NCBI GenBank assembly: GCA_008632985.1
Contig: QPGO01000053.1
Coordinates: forward strand, 310,001 to 374,000
Reading direction: 5' to 3'
Length of the DNA stretch: 64,000 nt
Source: Psammoneis japonica
Lineage: Eukaryota
Within the stretch, counting starts at the first letter, position 1. Every line of letters begins with the position of its first letter. Positions 11,920 through 23,256 of this stretch are shown piece after piece. Under the pieces are notes generated by a model, which saw only the letters and a program-made list of their open reading frames with translations, did no database searches and was not told where the DNA came from. The position numbers and the translations under genes are program-made.

Positions 11920-13080
11920 TTACTTCTTTTTAGTTGCTTCAACGATAAACATGGGATCATGAGGAGCGTTATTTGGAACAGTAGCAGCAATGTCAAATGC
12001 CTTTCGTGGTTCGAATCCGCCAGCGTACTGAAAGTAGGCATTGATCAATTCCAAGTGTTGTCTGTCGTTCATAGTTAGCCACATTGAGATTGCTTTGGAT
12101 GGAAAGCAACGATTCGATTGAGATACAATAACCTTTCCTCCGGGACGAAGGACACGGTGGCACTTTTAAGCAAGAAACAAGTTTTGTAAGGACGCAAGAA
12201 ACGTGCAAACAAATAATGGACAGTCCATTGAGAAATAAGAAAGGCTCACCTCTCGCAGAACTTCGATTGGGTGAATCATGTAATCAATCGATACCACGCA
12301 AGTCACCACGTCAAAGGAGTTGTCCTCGTAGGGTAGCGTGGGATCTGTGTTTAGATTCTTAGCCTCAAAGTCAGTAAGCTGGTCATTAAACTTGAGTTCC
12401 AAGGCATTCATTCCGGTTGCAGAGATGCGTCCCATGGTTTCAGGAAATTCTAACGGATAGTGGCTAACCCACGAGGAGCAAATGTCCAGGATATCTGACT
12501 TTTTCGGGATATTCTTTCGATAAAATTGTGTCAATGAAGCTACAGCGGGTTCATCAATATGGTAGACAAGGCGCGGAACAGCATAAAAGCTCTCATCGTC
12601 CAATTCGTCGGCTCGTCGGAAATCAGTTTCCTCAAACGGGCTCTCCTTTGGCCACTCTTTGACCAGGCGGACAGGAGTGACGGGAAACGAGTAGGGTGTC
12701 GAGTCACCGGTAATGCGCCGAACTAATAATCCACGAGTGCGGGGGTTGCCTTTGCCATCCTCGGCATACTTCATCTCCAATTCACGGTCAATGTAACGAG
12801 GATTCTTACTCCCGTCGTCCGCAGCACAGGATTCTTCAGGATCGGATGCCATGATTGCAGCTGACTAAATACAAACGAGAACTGATAGAAATGAGCAGAC
12901 CCTTGATTCACCGTGACTCACCAGCTCACCAAGTGCACTTACGGTTAGAAAGGTTGCTGCACTGGACGACAAAAACTTGGAACGCGACACGGATGATGAC
13001 GATGACAAGCTTCTACAGCGACGAACACACGAAATCAATGCCAAAAACACCACGGGCATCTGTCGCATGACTGAAAACAT
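11920..13080 (-). CDS. Class I SAM-dependent methyltransferase (type 11-like), probably plastid-targeted
   Basis: Three exons (introns ~12865-12921 and 12163-12249). Motifs FYAVPRLVYHID, ILDICSSWVSHYP, LPYEDNSFDVVTCVVSIDY and, after splicing, HRVLRPGGKVIVSQSNRCFPSKAI. Confidence 0.9.
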
Positions 13081-13347
13081 TGCGATTACGGTTTATCTCT
13101 TTTCGATTTGACACTTCTTCGGTTTTAATTGCTGCTGCTGTACTCCGGTTGTATAATAGTGCTGGTTATGTGTCGTGTGGTACTCTAGAGCGCTGACGCA
13201 GAAATTGGAAATTATGGCGGGAAAAAGGACAAGCCGAAAGATCCCCAAAGATATGAGTAGAATATTTCTTCATGTTTGAATAAATAATATTCTCGACCGC
13301 TCTGCCGACCCAAATCCAAAACCGGGCGAAGGGCGAAGGACGCGACG

Positions 13348-14274
13348 ATGACAGATCAGGACCCTGCAACGCCCGCTGAAATTGTGGAACTTCTTGGTTT
13401 GCCACCAGCAACCTTACAAAAGGCAAAGAAAGGGGAGATTGTCGTAATTGAGAACGATGCATGCTGCGATAAGGACTTGTCTCTCATTGTTGTAAACGTG
13501 CTTGACGCACCCGTTGACAAGCTTCGTGAATTCGTATTGGAGCTTGACAACGTTTCAGAACTTCAAGATGCGACACTTTCTCAGGGTTATATTGATCCGA
13601 ATAATCCATCGCTGGACGACATGGATCTTGACGAAGAAACCGTAAAGGAGTTATTGAGAAACCCGTTTTTGTCAAAAGACGAAGCGAGCAGGGTGAGTAA
13701 AGCAGCCAAGCTCGGCAAGGGAGCACAGGTATACAAGGAAGTCCTGTTGGAACGGATCAAAGCCTATTGGGAGAGGGGCCTTGATGGTATTGTTCCTTAT
13801 CAGGGAAAGGGCCGCGACCCTGGTGCAGACCTCAAGCATGCCAGAACGGCTGCTCTGAAAATGGTAGGGGACGCAAGAGTCCTACGAGAGGAACTTCAGG
13901 TCATTCCCTCCAAGAGCACCAATGAGTCAATGCACAAGCTCACCTGGGGTATACAGAAAGGAAACAATCAAGCTGCGCCGGTTCTTAACCATATCTTCAG
14001 AGAGTGGTACGATGAGAAGCACGAATTGGGATTCGTATCCTCGACGAATCGGTTCTACAGCGGAGCCGACTACGATGCGTCCCAGATTGTGGTTGGCCTT
14101 TTTCCGACGGTAGATAACAAAGATCGGTCTGTGCTTTTCTACATTAATCGCACCTTCACGTCGTCAGTCGCTGGATTTGGAGGATCTGCGAAACGTTGTA
14201 TTGGTCGCAAAATGATGAAGTCTTCATTGATCGAAACCATGACCAAAGCAAAGAAAGCTGCTGAATCGTTGTAA
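13348..14274 (+). CDS. Hypothetical protein (308 aa)
   Basis: Intronless ATG-started ORF with normal composition. C-terminal YINRTFTSSVAGFGGSAKRCIGRKMM looks conserved, but no family is assigned. Confidence 0.75.
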   Translation: MTDQDPATPAEIVELLGLPPATLQKAKKGEIVVIENDACCDKDLSLIVVNVLDAPVDKLREFVLELDNVSELQDATLSQGYIDPNNPSLDDMDLDEETVKELLRNPFLSKDEASRVSKAAKLGKGAQVYKEVLLERIKAYWERGLDGIVPYQGKGRDPGADLKHARTAALKMVGDARVLREELQVIPSKSTNESMHKLTWGIQKGNNQAAPVLNHIFREWYDEKHELGFVSSTNRFYSGADYDASQIVVGLFPTVDNKDRSVLFYINRTFTSSVAGFGGSAKRCIGRKMMKSSLIETMTKAKKAAESL

Positions 14275-14443
14275 AACATGTGACTAACTAGACTAGAGCC
14301 ATTAACAAAGCTTTAATTTAGCTGGTCACGCCTCAGCACACCGCACGAACCTCGACAAAATTGCTACCATCCAATCACAACTAGATGGGAAGGAGCTGGT
14401 AAGGTCCCATGAGAACGTACTTTCACTCTGCCGACGAAAGCTA

Positions 14444-15052
14444 TCACCCTTGGTGGCAATTATGATCGCGCCTCAAGGATTTCCGAGAGAGTCGTATGCC
14501 TCCAATTGGTGAAGCCATCGTTGGAGTCAGATATTGAGGGGACAGTCTAGGGAATAGCAAGAGCTCGCTTCTGGGAGCTAAAGATATTGAGCCCCCCCTT
14601 GAATGGGATGATTGAGTTCTCGATGGATGTGAGGGAAGGAATGGGAAGTCGATTGATTGCGGATCAACTAAAACGAAAGGTACGTCGTCCTCAGTCTCGG
14701 CCGGAGACTCATCAACAATCACAGATGGAGAAGGTGCCTTGGAAGCTTGCGATGCGTTTGACTTGTTTTGTGAAACATCATTGAGAGAAGTATTAGATGT
14801 CACGAGGAGGTCTTGAGGTGCGACAAGAACAAACGGAAGCTCGTCTTCAGGACCAAGTTTTTGAGAAGAAAGGTCACGAGCAACTTTGTCCTGCTGATGC
14901 GGTATTCTAAGATCGACATATCTTGGTCTCTTCCAGTTGAGATGCTGTTTGGTTTCACTAGAGGGAGGACGCGGGCGGATCTTTATCGATGGAAACGCCG
15001 CGGTAAGCTGCGTCGAACTAGTCTTCTTTCTTTGATGGTCGGTCGCTTTCAT
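14444..15052 (-). CDS. Disordered hypothetical protein, distant paralog of 16386-17165
   Basis: Shares PS(I/L)KIRPR, acidic-PFVL(V/I) and (L/I)LFP.LS motifs with the divergently transcribed neighbour. Confidence 0.65.
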   Translation of the reverse strand: MKATDHQRKKTSSTQLTAAFPSIKIRPRPPSSETKQHLNWKRPRYVDLRIPHQQDKVARDLSSQKLGPEDELPFVLVAPQDLLVTSNTSLNDVSQNKSNASQASKAPSPSVIVDESPAETEDDVPFVLVDPQSIDFPFLPSHPSRTQSSHSRGGSISLAPRSELLLFPRLSPQYLTPTMASPIGGIRLSRKSLRRDHNCHQG

Positions 15053-15419
15053 GGCGATAGATCTCCTTGCACTAGACAACTCACTAAAAAAATTTAATTG
15101 ATCGTAAGAAGAAGTCAGCCTCACACAGAAATGCCCGCAAATGAGAATGGAGTTGTGGCTATTTCGTCGAATTAATGTGTCAACAGTGATGACAGAGTAG
15201 AAAATCTGCCGGTCATCGCAATTTTTTGGATTTATGCCGGAGAAACTCCCGAATCATCCAATGACCGAAAGATGCAAATTTTCAAAAAGGAATCCACACC
15301 AAAAGTATCAATAAAAATATGAACGAAATTGGCGGGAAAACCACGCTCCCATAACGGCTTTTGAAGTTGCAGTCATATTGTCATCCAAAATGACCTTTGG
15401 CGTCTGAGAGATTTATGTC

Positions 15420-16050
15420 CGGCGCGGAACGCAAGGAATGTCTCCGTGCTCGGGTCGGGCATGACAGTTCAGCTCTCCATCTGACTGAAGAACACCACCA
15501 CCACCTGCTGACTGCCACTGCTGACCGTCGATGATAAAATGACACGCACATTTTTGATGGTGGCATGCAAGATGCACCACATGCACCACACAGCTCTCAG
15601 GCAGTGGAAGGATGCCAGCGCCAACTCCAGCCGTGCAAAGGAGGCTTGAGGGCAGGCTCTCTGCTTTTGAGCTCTTCCAGCTTCGCACCAAACTGCTGTC
15701 AATTTGTTCAAACTCTCTGTGGCACAATTGCCACCAGCTGGGCTGCTGGCCACAAATTGCTGTACAGCCTTGGCTGTTTTGTAAAAGCAGCTGGTGGGGG
15801 GGGGCGGGGCACAAGCTCCTTGGAGCTCCTCCCTGAGCCTGCCCTGGGTGGCAAAAGAAGCGTCACAGAGAGATTGCTGCAACTTCCCCCCTCTCACACC
15901 ACAACTTGGCTGGTGTTCGCATGCTGCACCAGCACCTACCTGGGGTTCTCGCATTTGGTTTTTCGCACATCATGGGGCCTGCAAAAAACTGGGGTCCGCG
16001 GCCCGCGCGTCAAAAAAGGGCAAATGGTTTTCGGAAAAAGAAAGCAGTGT
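15420..16050. other. Small TpA-depleted island (probable degenerate repeat fragment)
   Basis: About 4 TA dinucleotides by eye in ~600 bp, TG/CA-rich, with normal flanks. Confidence 0.6.
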
Positions 16051-16385
16051 GTCATACTCGAAACTTCGTATGTTTCAACGCGATACCGCTTTCTTTGAGT
16101 GGCTGGCGGGCGACCAACTATTTTTTAACAAAATGAGGTGCAGTTTGTTTAACAACTTCATCATTGATGTCAGTTTTACGATTAAAAAGGTCGAATCTAC
16201 AAGATTCATATGGTGCAGGTCATGTCTTGCTTTCTCACCAGCTTCTCTGTTGTTCTCGCAGAGGTCTACTATACTTACTTCTAATACAATACGACTAATT
16301 ACGGTGACGCCGCTTCGGTGGCAATTCTCGCGCGATTGCATGGAGAGGAGGCAGGTTCACTCTTCACTCTTCGTTGAAACACTTC

Positions 16386-17165
16386 ATGAAAAAAATGAGA
16401 AGGACAACGCCGTCGTTAAAGATCCGCCCACGCCGTTACAGTCCGAAAACGCAGAGAACTATTCCTGTTGATCGCATGACTGAGCATCAGTCAATCCCGT
16501 TTCGTGTGACCGGTGAAAACTGCCGTGAAGTTGAACAAGAAGTTCTCTCCTCATCGATTTTGACATCGAAGTGCTCGAATGTGACGCATTACCTCGAAAC
16601 CGATGCGAGGGCTTTTTTAATTGAATCTGAGGAGGAGGGCTCTACTTTTTTGAATACGGTCTCTGCGACATCAATGTCACCAAATGACCAAGATGACGAA
16701 GAGTTTCCTTTTGTTTTGATTGCACCACCGAAAGGCGAAAAAAGGAAGTCGAGAAGCTGCCCCACGGAGGACCTAAAGAGCTTGCGTAGGGAAACTCGAG
16801 TCGTGTCTTTTGATGGAAATGATGATGGTATTGACGTGATTTCGGAAGGATCTTTAGATTCTCTTCCCTTTGAGACTCCGAAAAGTTTGTCGCTTCAGAG
16901 GCGTGTGCAAACGGTACTGGAACCACCCAGGCAAGCAGCGAAAAACGACTTCACTACTTTCGCCAAAGACATCGCCCATGAAACAGATCAAGATATACTT
17001 TTTCCGCTTCTCTCTGATTCAATGGATGATGAACTGCCCCTTTGTGATTGCGATTCAAATAATGCGAGACCTGCTAGGATCAAAAGCAAAATCAGGTTGA
17101 AGCCGGCTGCTCGTCGGTACTCTCCATACGAAAGCCCCTTTGCAACTATTTTACAAACACCATAA
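16386..17165 (+). CDS. Disordered hypothetical protein, distant paralog of 14444-15052
   Basis: Open 259-aa frame with motifs TPSLKIRPRR, DDEEFPFVLIAPP, ILFPLLS and KIRLKP. Confidence 0.7.
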   Translation: MKKMRRTTPSLKIRPRRYSPKTQRTIPVDRMTEHQSIPFRVTGENCREVEQEVLSSSILTSKCSNVTHYLETDARAFLIESEEEGSTFLNTVSATSMSPNDQDDEEFPFVLIAPPKGEKRKSRSCPTEDLKSLRRETRVVSFDGNDDGIDVISEGSLDSLPFETPKSLSLQRRVQTVLEPPRQAAKNDFTTFAKDIAHETDQDILFPLLSDSMDDELPLCDCDSNNARPARIKSKIRLKPAARRYSPYESPFATILQTP

Positions 17166-17298
17166 TCACCAATATACTCCTTCATGCCTTTGAGTTTTCT
17201 ATAACAAGCTGTACTTACGACTAGAGACATTAAACATTGCGCTCACGAGCACTACAGGACAATCGTTTGTCTCTTTCCCAAATGCCGTCGTACCAACG

Positions 17299-18768
17299 CT
17301 AAGCTTCGTCTCCGTGCAATCGAAATCGATAGATACAAGTATAATCTTCGTTTCCCCAGTTGTCCAGAATCTGCACTAAGATACCACCGACGACATCGTC
17401 TTCGTAGCTGAAACTATCGGCGATATCGTCAGGCGGAGCACTGCAGGATGCCGCGGTGACCGAGCATTCAGCACCGCCTTCACTTTCGCCCGAGACTTGA
17501 AAGGTCTGAATACTACTAGACTCCTCATCGATCTTGTATTCAAACGAGACCACTTCAAAAGGATCTTCCATATCAAAACCCATGCCTTTACACCTGACTT
17601 CGTCGCAAGGCGGATATCCCACAACCTTGACATGTCGTGGTGCGCTACTGATAGCGTCGTCTTCCAGCAACAGCTGTGACACATGGTCCAAGGTCACAGC
17701 ATCAACTTTTATAGGACGTGGCAGGCGGAGCAACACTTGACCTTTTCGACCAGGAATGGGCCAACACGAGCCAACATTAGTGTTTGGATTCAAAATCTGT
17801 TCCGCCGAGGCTAAACCACCACCCTTGATTCCCTGAGCGATAGAGAGAGCCAAACAATAGTCACGGTTATCAGCTTGATCGTCGTCAATAATGGCAACAT
17901 TTAAGAGGTATACTTTCATACTCACCAATGACTGCGGAACAGACAACGATGGCACAGCCCAATCTTCCCATCCAGTCGGTAAGATACGTTCCCAATCTAG
18001 TGGAATATACCGCCTCCATGACGCGTTGCCAATCTTATGCTCGGGATTGACCGGTGGAATATACGTATCACTTGTATGCTCATAGACAATAGTCGCACCC
18101 CGAGCCAGATCCATGCGCCCAACTCCGTCCATTTGATGCTTTGTAAGCGACTCTTGAACCTTTTCAACAGCCTCCACAGGAGTTGCACACGATGCCTCTG
18201 GATTGTGGGATGCTTCCCGCCGTTGTCGGACTACTTCCTCCTTGATCAAACTCATGATCCAAGCTTCCAACTGTTTGTCGCTGTCCTCCAGAATACGCGA
18301 TGGACTCAGGGTTTCTTCCAATTCTCGAAGCGGCACTCCCTCTTGTTCATTTTCGTTGCTCGTCTGGCCGATTTCTTTCTGTTTCCCTTCAGCGCGTTGT
18401 CTAATCTCTCGTTCCACCGTCTGGTTCAATTGAGATACCAGCGAGTTGAGCTGAATCGTATTGACCTGCCGAATCAGGTCACGCAGAGCCTCCGTTCGTT
18501 CCAGCAAGTTCTGCTGAAGCGATTGGATCTCAGAGCTTTGTTCCATTAGACCTGCTAATCTCTGGTCGATTTGATCGATCCGTTCCTTTTCTTGATGCTC
18601 TTTCAATAATTCCTCCACGGTCTCTACCGTCAACTCGTCGTCCTTGCTATCTAACGCTTCGTCTTCGTCTTGATACTCATCATCATCATAGGCGCTCTCA
18701 TCGGCTATAGCCACCGAACAAAATGACAAAACCACCAATACAAAGAGCAAACGATATATTCGTTTCAT
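17299..18768 (-). CDS. SUN (Sad1/UNC-84) domain protein
   Basis: N-terminal hydrophobic segment, coiled coil, then HTSDTY, GSCWP, VDAVTLDH…SSAPRH and ILDNWGNEDYTCIYRFRLHG. Likely 93-bp in-frame intron 17833-17925. Confidence 0.92.
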   Translation of the reverse strand: MKRIYRLLFVLVVLSFCSVAIADESAYDDDEYQDEDEALDSKDDELTVETVEELLKEHQEKERIDQIDQRLAGLMEQSSEIQSLQQNLLERTEALRDLIRQVNTIQLNSLVSQLNQTVEREIRQRAEGKQKEIGQTSNENEQEGVPLRELEETLSPSRILEDSDKQLEAWIMSLIKEEVVRQRREASHNPEASCATPVEAVEKVQESLTKHQMDGVGRMDLARGATIVYEHTSDTYIPPVNPEHKIGNASWRRYIPLDWERILPTGWEDWAVPSLSVPQSLVSMKVYLLNVAIIDDDQADNRDYCLALSIAQGIKGGGLASAEQILNPNTNVGSCWPIPGRKGQVLLRLPRPIKVDAVTLDHVSQLLLEDDAISSAPRHVKVVGYPPCDEVRCKGMGFDMEDPFEVVSFEYKIDEESSSIQTFQVSGESEGGAECSVTAASCSAPPDDIADSFSYEDDVVGGILVQILDNWGNEDYTCIYRFRLHGDEA

Positions 18769-19359
18769 GTCTGAGTTCTTTAGTCGGGAAATTTAGCAAC
18801 AGACCGGCACACTGTCGACGGAGGTGACCGCCATTGCTTGATCGGAGACTGAAAAGACCGCCGCACGTCGCATTCCGCGTGCCGATGCCTGCAACCGGCG
18901 ACGGAAGGACCATGATGTGAGGATCGAATATCATCGATCATCATCAATCGAGTGATTTTTCGATAGCCGTTCTTTCGGAAGAGTTACCGACAAGGTCCAT
19001 TGTGGTGTTGGTAATGTAGCTAGGCCCTCGGTATACATTGCAGTTACCAGTTCATCTATATTCATATGGTTTGCGAACATCTGATACGCGGTACCGCACC
19101 CATTTTTGCTGTTGCCGACTCCTCATTCAACTAACTCGTGATCGACACATTCGAATTGAGAATTGCTAGCTGAAACAGAGAAATAAACCTACAATAACAG
19201 TAGATCATAACGTTTGAAAAAATAAAGCCTCTAGAAATGACGATTTAAAACTACATCCTTTCATCTTTTTTATTGCGTTTCCTTTTCTCAATGATAGATA
19301 CACACGTTCACACTGAGACGAATCGAAGACAGAGACAGAGCCTTGAAACCAATCTCTCT

Positions 19360-19776
19360 CTAACGATTCATGGCGTTGACCTTGATGTCCTTGATCCTTT
19401 TGCAGCAACCCACCGAGTGGAATGGGTACAGAGTCAAGCCTCCGACTGTGAGAACGGCAGGAACTTCCTCGTTGCAGGGAATCGCGGCGGACACCACCAA
19501 GCAGCAGCAGTGACCCTGGAAACGGAGGCAGGAGCAAGGTCCCTCGTACTCGCAATTGGGACCACAGCAAATCAATGGAAGCCAGGGAGCGTTTGGCTTG
19601 CAGCAAAACTCAAGGTTAACGCAGCAAGCACCTGCCTTGCCGGAGCAACCACAGCAGTCAGAGCTCGGATAGAGGGACGCATTGGCGCAACAACAGGAAA
19701 GGCACAATAGCAGCTCATCCTCGTCGATGGCGTCTCCTGACTTATTGGATAGATCGGCGCTCGTGTAGTGACTCAT
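19360..19776 (-). CDS. Small cysteine-rich protein (138 aa)
   Basis: ATG-started ORF with many CC/CxC clusters (CLSCCCAN, CCGCSGKAGACC, GHCCCLVVSAAIPC) in normal-composition DNA. Confidence 0.75.
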   Translation of the reverse strand: MSHYTSADLSNKSGDAIDEDELLLCLSCCCANASLYPSSDCCGCSGKAGACCVNLEFCCKPNAPWLPLICCGPNCEYEGPCSCLRFQGHCCCLVVSAAIPCNEEVPAVLTVGGLTLYPFHSVGCCKRIKDIKVNAMNR

Positions 19777-20224
19777 GGTTCTTTCGTTATTCTTGTTCGA
19801 CGTCTTTGCTATTGTGGCAAGTTCTGGTGTTTTTGTGTTCTTTGCGTTCCATCGAGACCCACCTTTCAGTTTGGCGACGCCATTCGATTATGGCGCGACA
19901 AATCGCTCAAAAGTTGGCAGAGCTAAAACCACGTATGAAAAGCTAAGTGCATGTATACTGATAAAAGATTTGAAATTATATTCTTGCTACATTCTCGCAT
20001 GTTTCATACAATGCTGTCTTTGGCGAGTAGTCTTCGGCACTGTAGATAGTATATTTAGCTGTGGGAAAGGCACGACGATTCACTTGACTAAACCCAGGGC
20101 GGTCTAATTTTGAAATTTTCAATTTTCGAGACCTTGGGGAAACCGCGGAAAACTAAAACTAGAGAGTACCGGTACATACAATCTTCAGTTTTCTCTCATA
20201 CTCTACTACCGTATAATGTTTAGG

Positions 20225-20518
20225 ATCGCATGGCAGCAGGGGTCAAACAGTAAGCATATCATTGCTGTCCATCCAGCATTTGAGACCATTGTGCTGTATT
20301 TGGCGAGAAGTCCTCGATGTTGTAGACAGCATATTTTTACAAGTCCGACTCACTTGAGTAAACCCAGGTGATGAGGCAGTTTTTGAGGAAACGCCAAACG
20401 CGGAAAGTGGCATTCCCCGCTGTTTTCTATTGCGCTAATATTTAAGAATGCCGCAATCGCATGGCAGCAGGGCTCAACCAGTAGTCCTAAGCATATCATT
20501 GCTGTCCAGCATCTGAGA
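20225..20518 (+). repeat. Two imperfect ~60-bp direct repeats in intergenic DNA
   Basis: atcgcatggcagcaggg…taagcatatcattgctgtcca…tgaga at ~20225-20285 and ~20456-20518. Confidence 0.8.
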
Positions 20519-20642
20519 TAAAACTAGTTAGCCGCGAGAGACGTAGACAAAGTTGTTGCGTGCTCAGCAAAGCCTGGCGCCAAGCGTCTTTGCTCTCCAA
20601 AACGAAAAGAATAGTTTCGATCATGATCACTTGAGCTACTCG

Positions 20643-21632
20643 TTAGAATGAACCATTCTGCAACAATTCACAATATCGGGTCATATCAACGTTGCCTCCT
20701 GATACAATCACGCCACAATTGCTGCCCTCCTTTACTTCACCGCAGGAAATCATCTTCTTTAATCCAGCCAAGCCGAGACATCCAGTAGGCTCAACGACGA
20801 TCTTCAACTGTTGTGCGAACAAGCCCATACAGCTTACAAGTTCATCGTCAGTGACGGTGACTATCTTCTGCAGGCGTTTGCTCATGATTGCATAATTCAA
20901 TTCTCCAATGTTTTTTGTTTGTGCACCGTCAGCTATCGTTTTGGGAGTCAGGATCTTAACGATTCTTCCTGCGAGCAATGATTGTTGCGCGTCATTTCCC
21001 GCTTCGGGTTCCACTCCAATAATCTTACAATGTGGCGCTAGTTCCTCAAAGGCAAGACAGCATCCGCTTATGAGGCCTCCACCCCCGACGCAGACAAACA
21101 AGTAATCCGGCGAAACACCGCGGTCTGACATTTCTTCCAACAGTTCCTTTCCGACTGTCCCCTGTCCTGAAATCACATACTTGTCATCAAATGGTGAAAT
21201 AAACACGGCACCGGACTCTTTCTCGATGTTTAGAGCGATTTCATCGCCATCCTCCTCGTAGCGATCGTATTTTACAATGTGGCCGCCGTATTCATTGGTT
21301 GCTTCGACTTTACTGACGGGGGCGTCGTGAGGCATGACGATGGTAGACTTGATGTTTAGAATGGACGCACTTAATGCGATTGCTTGGGCGTGATTTCCGC
21401 TCGAAGTTGTCACGACACCAGCCTGCCGTTGCTGCGGAGTGAGATGACTCAGTACGTTGAAGGCACCACGAAACTTGAAGGCTCCCATTCGTTGAAAGTT
21501 TTCACATTTAATGAAGCACGTTACTCCAAGCTGTTTATCAAGAGTCCGACTTGTGTGTACTGGAGTTACATTTGAGACCCCCTTTAGAATTTCAGATGCT
21601 TCCTCAACATCCTTGTAAGTCGGCACATCCAT
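20643..21632 (-). CDS. PLP-dependent threo-3-hydroxy-L-aspartate ammonia-lyase / serine racemase family, copy 1
   Basis: KCENFQRMGAFKFRGA (PLP lysine), SSGNHAQA, CVGGGGLISG, TIADGAQT, VEPTG and SGGNVD. Intronless. Confidence 0.93.
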   Translation of the reverse strand: MDVPTYKDVEEASEILKGVSNVTPVHTSRTLDKQLGVTCFIKCENFQRMGAFKFRGAFNVLSHLTPQQRQAGVVTTSSGNHAQAIALSASILNIKSTIVMPHDAPVSKVEATNEYGGHIVKYDRYEEDGDEIALNIEKESGAVFISPFDDKYVISGQGTVGKELLEEMSDRGVSPDYLFVCVGGGGLISGCCLAFEELAPHCKIIGVEPEAGNDAQQSLLAGRIVKILTPKTIADGAQTKNIGELNYAIMSKRLQKIVTVTDDELVSCMGLFAQQLKIVVEPTGCLGLAGLKKMISCGEVKEGSNCGVIVSGGNVDMTRYCELLQNGSF

Positions 21633-21970
21633 GTTATCAACAACACCAAAACACCTCGTTCACAGATGGATCGAGTCGATGCTACGAAGCATAACCTATC
21701 GCTCAATCTGCTGTTTTCTACCTCGGTGTTTTACCAGCGCACCAAATTAGACTAAAATTGAAGACGCTCCCATCTACAGTGTCGTCATGGTCGGAACTCA
21801 TCACTTTTTTTTTGCGCGGGAATTGTGACGTCATCAGAGTGGAGGGAATTTCGAATTTTCGATATCCAGCCGCAGGAATGGGGAAGTTGTCAGTCCCCAA
21901 AACCCGACCCTTTCCACGCTCGTATTATCCTTTCACATCCCTTCGTCCTCCTTGTGTGTGACATAGAAAA

Positions 21971-23125
21971 ATGCCTCTTGTCATGGAACTGGCTCACCCT
22001 GCTTGTGGCGGTTTGGACGTTAGTATCGCCGCTATCCTGTGAAGGCTTTTCGCCGCTGAATCGCCACGGCGTGTCGGTTAGGCTCTCGCAAGTCTCTTCT
22101 TTGGGTAAGAGCTGCAAGCAACATCCCACTTTTCCCCAAAAGTTCCAATCTCTGTCGGGGGAGACGTATGACTTGTCGGACCATTCGACTTTTCTGCGCT
22201 TGTCGGCAAGTGAAGGGGAAACGGCTGAAAACAAAGGTAGAATCAGTCGGTGGAGCTCTGATTTGAAACATGGAGCACTGAACGTCCATAACAACTATCT
22301 CAGCGTTTGGAAAGGCATTGTTAAGTTGTGGATTGCTTTCGTTATTCCAGTAAGCCTGTTTTTGTTTTTTGGCAGGTTTTGCTTTCCGCAGTTTGCTTCT
22401 TCCGTTCGCTCGGTGCTTTTGAGACTTTTGGTTGGATTTTCATATCTTGGACCTCCTCGGAGATTGCGGCCGAACCTTTCGCGCTGTCAGCCTGGCACAT
22501 CGTTACTTATCTGCTGGCTGCTTGGTCCTTTCATGGAAGAAATGGCATACCGATATGCTTTCAAGTTTGTATGGGACGCCTCTCGATCCGATGAGAAAGA
22601 ACAGACAAGGGAATCCAGAAAATGTTTCGGGTATGCACGGTGGATGATATGTAGCAGCCTCATGTTTGCAATCCTTCATTTAGGAAATTGGCTGCCTCCG
22701 CCAAGTGCTGCCGCGGTTGATTCTAAGCTCGCGCAAAAAGACAGTGCAATCTACGGTTTGGTTATTGAAAAGGTCAAGTCTTCAAAAGGAATCATTGGAC
22801 AGAAAGAAGCTGAGGAAACTGCACGACTCTGGACTGACAATATTCTGCTCTTTGTGCGATATCTTTGCGAAGATCTGCCAATTGTTATGTCTTTAAATCA
22901 AGCTGTCGTCACCTTCGTATTTCACTTCGTTTCTTCTGCCCACTCTTTGACCAAAGAGGGCTTCTCTCTTGTGTTGGAGCACATATGACATGGAACATAT
23001 TTACATTTTATGCGTTTCCAAACATTGTGTTTCGATTGATTGCTCGAGCGGTAAAGCGATTGGTCAGAGGCAAAGCGAACAAGCAGGGGAACGGCGATGA
23101 GGCTGAGATTCATGCCTCTGAATAG
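21971..23125 (+). pseudogene. CPBP/Abi (CAAX protease-like) intramembrane glutamic protease, frameshifted
   Basis: GPFMEEMAYR and FAILHLGN lie in one frame, while the closing GAHMTWN motif lies in another (shift near 22920). The ATG at 21971 is one base out of frame with the signal peptide (…LSCEG-FSP). Confidence 0.65.
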
Positions 23126-23256
23126 CGTCGGATCTTTGTATTTTTGAACCGACCGTCGCTGTTGGGACGCTGGGTTTCATAAACTCTATAGAGCGTAATC
23201 AACATAACATAGTACGGTATGCCTATCTCAACTATTCGGTAGGTTGGAAGCAGAGG

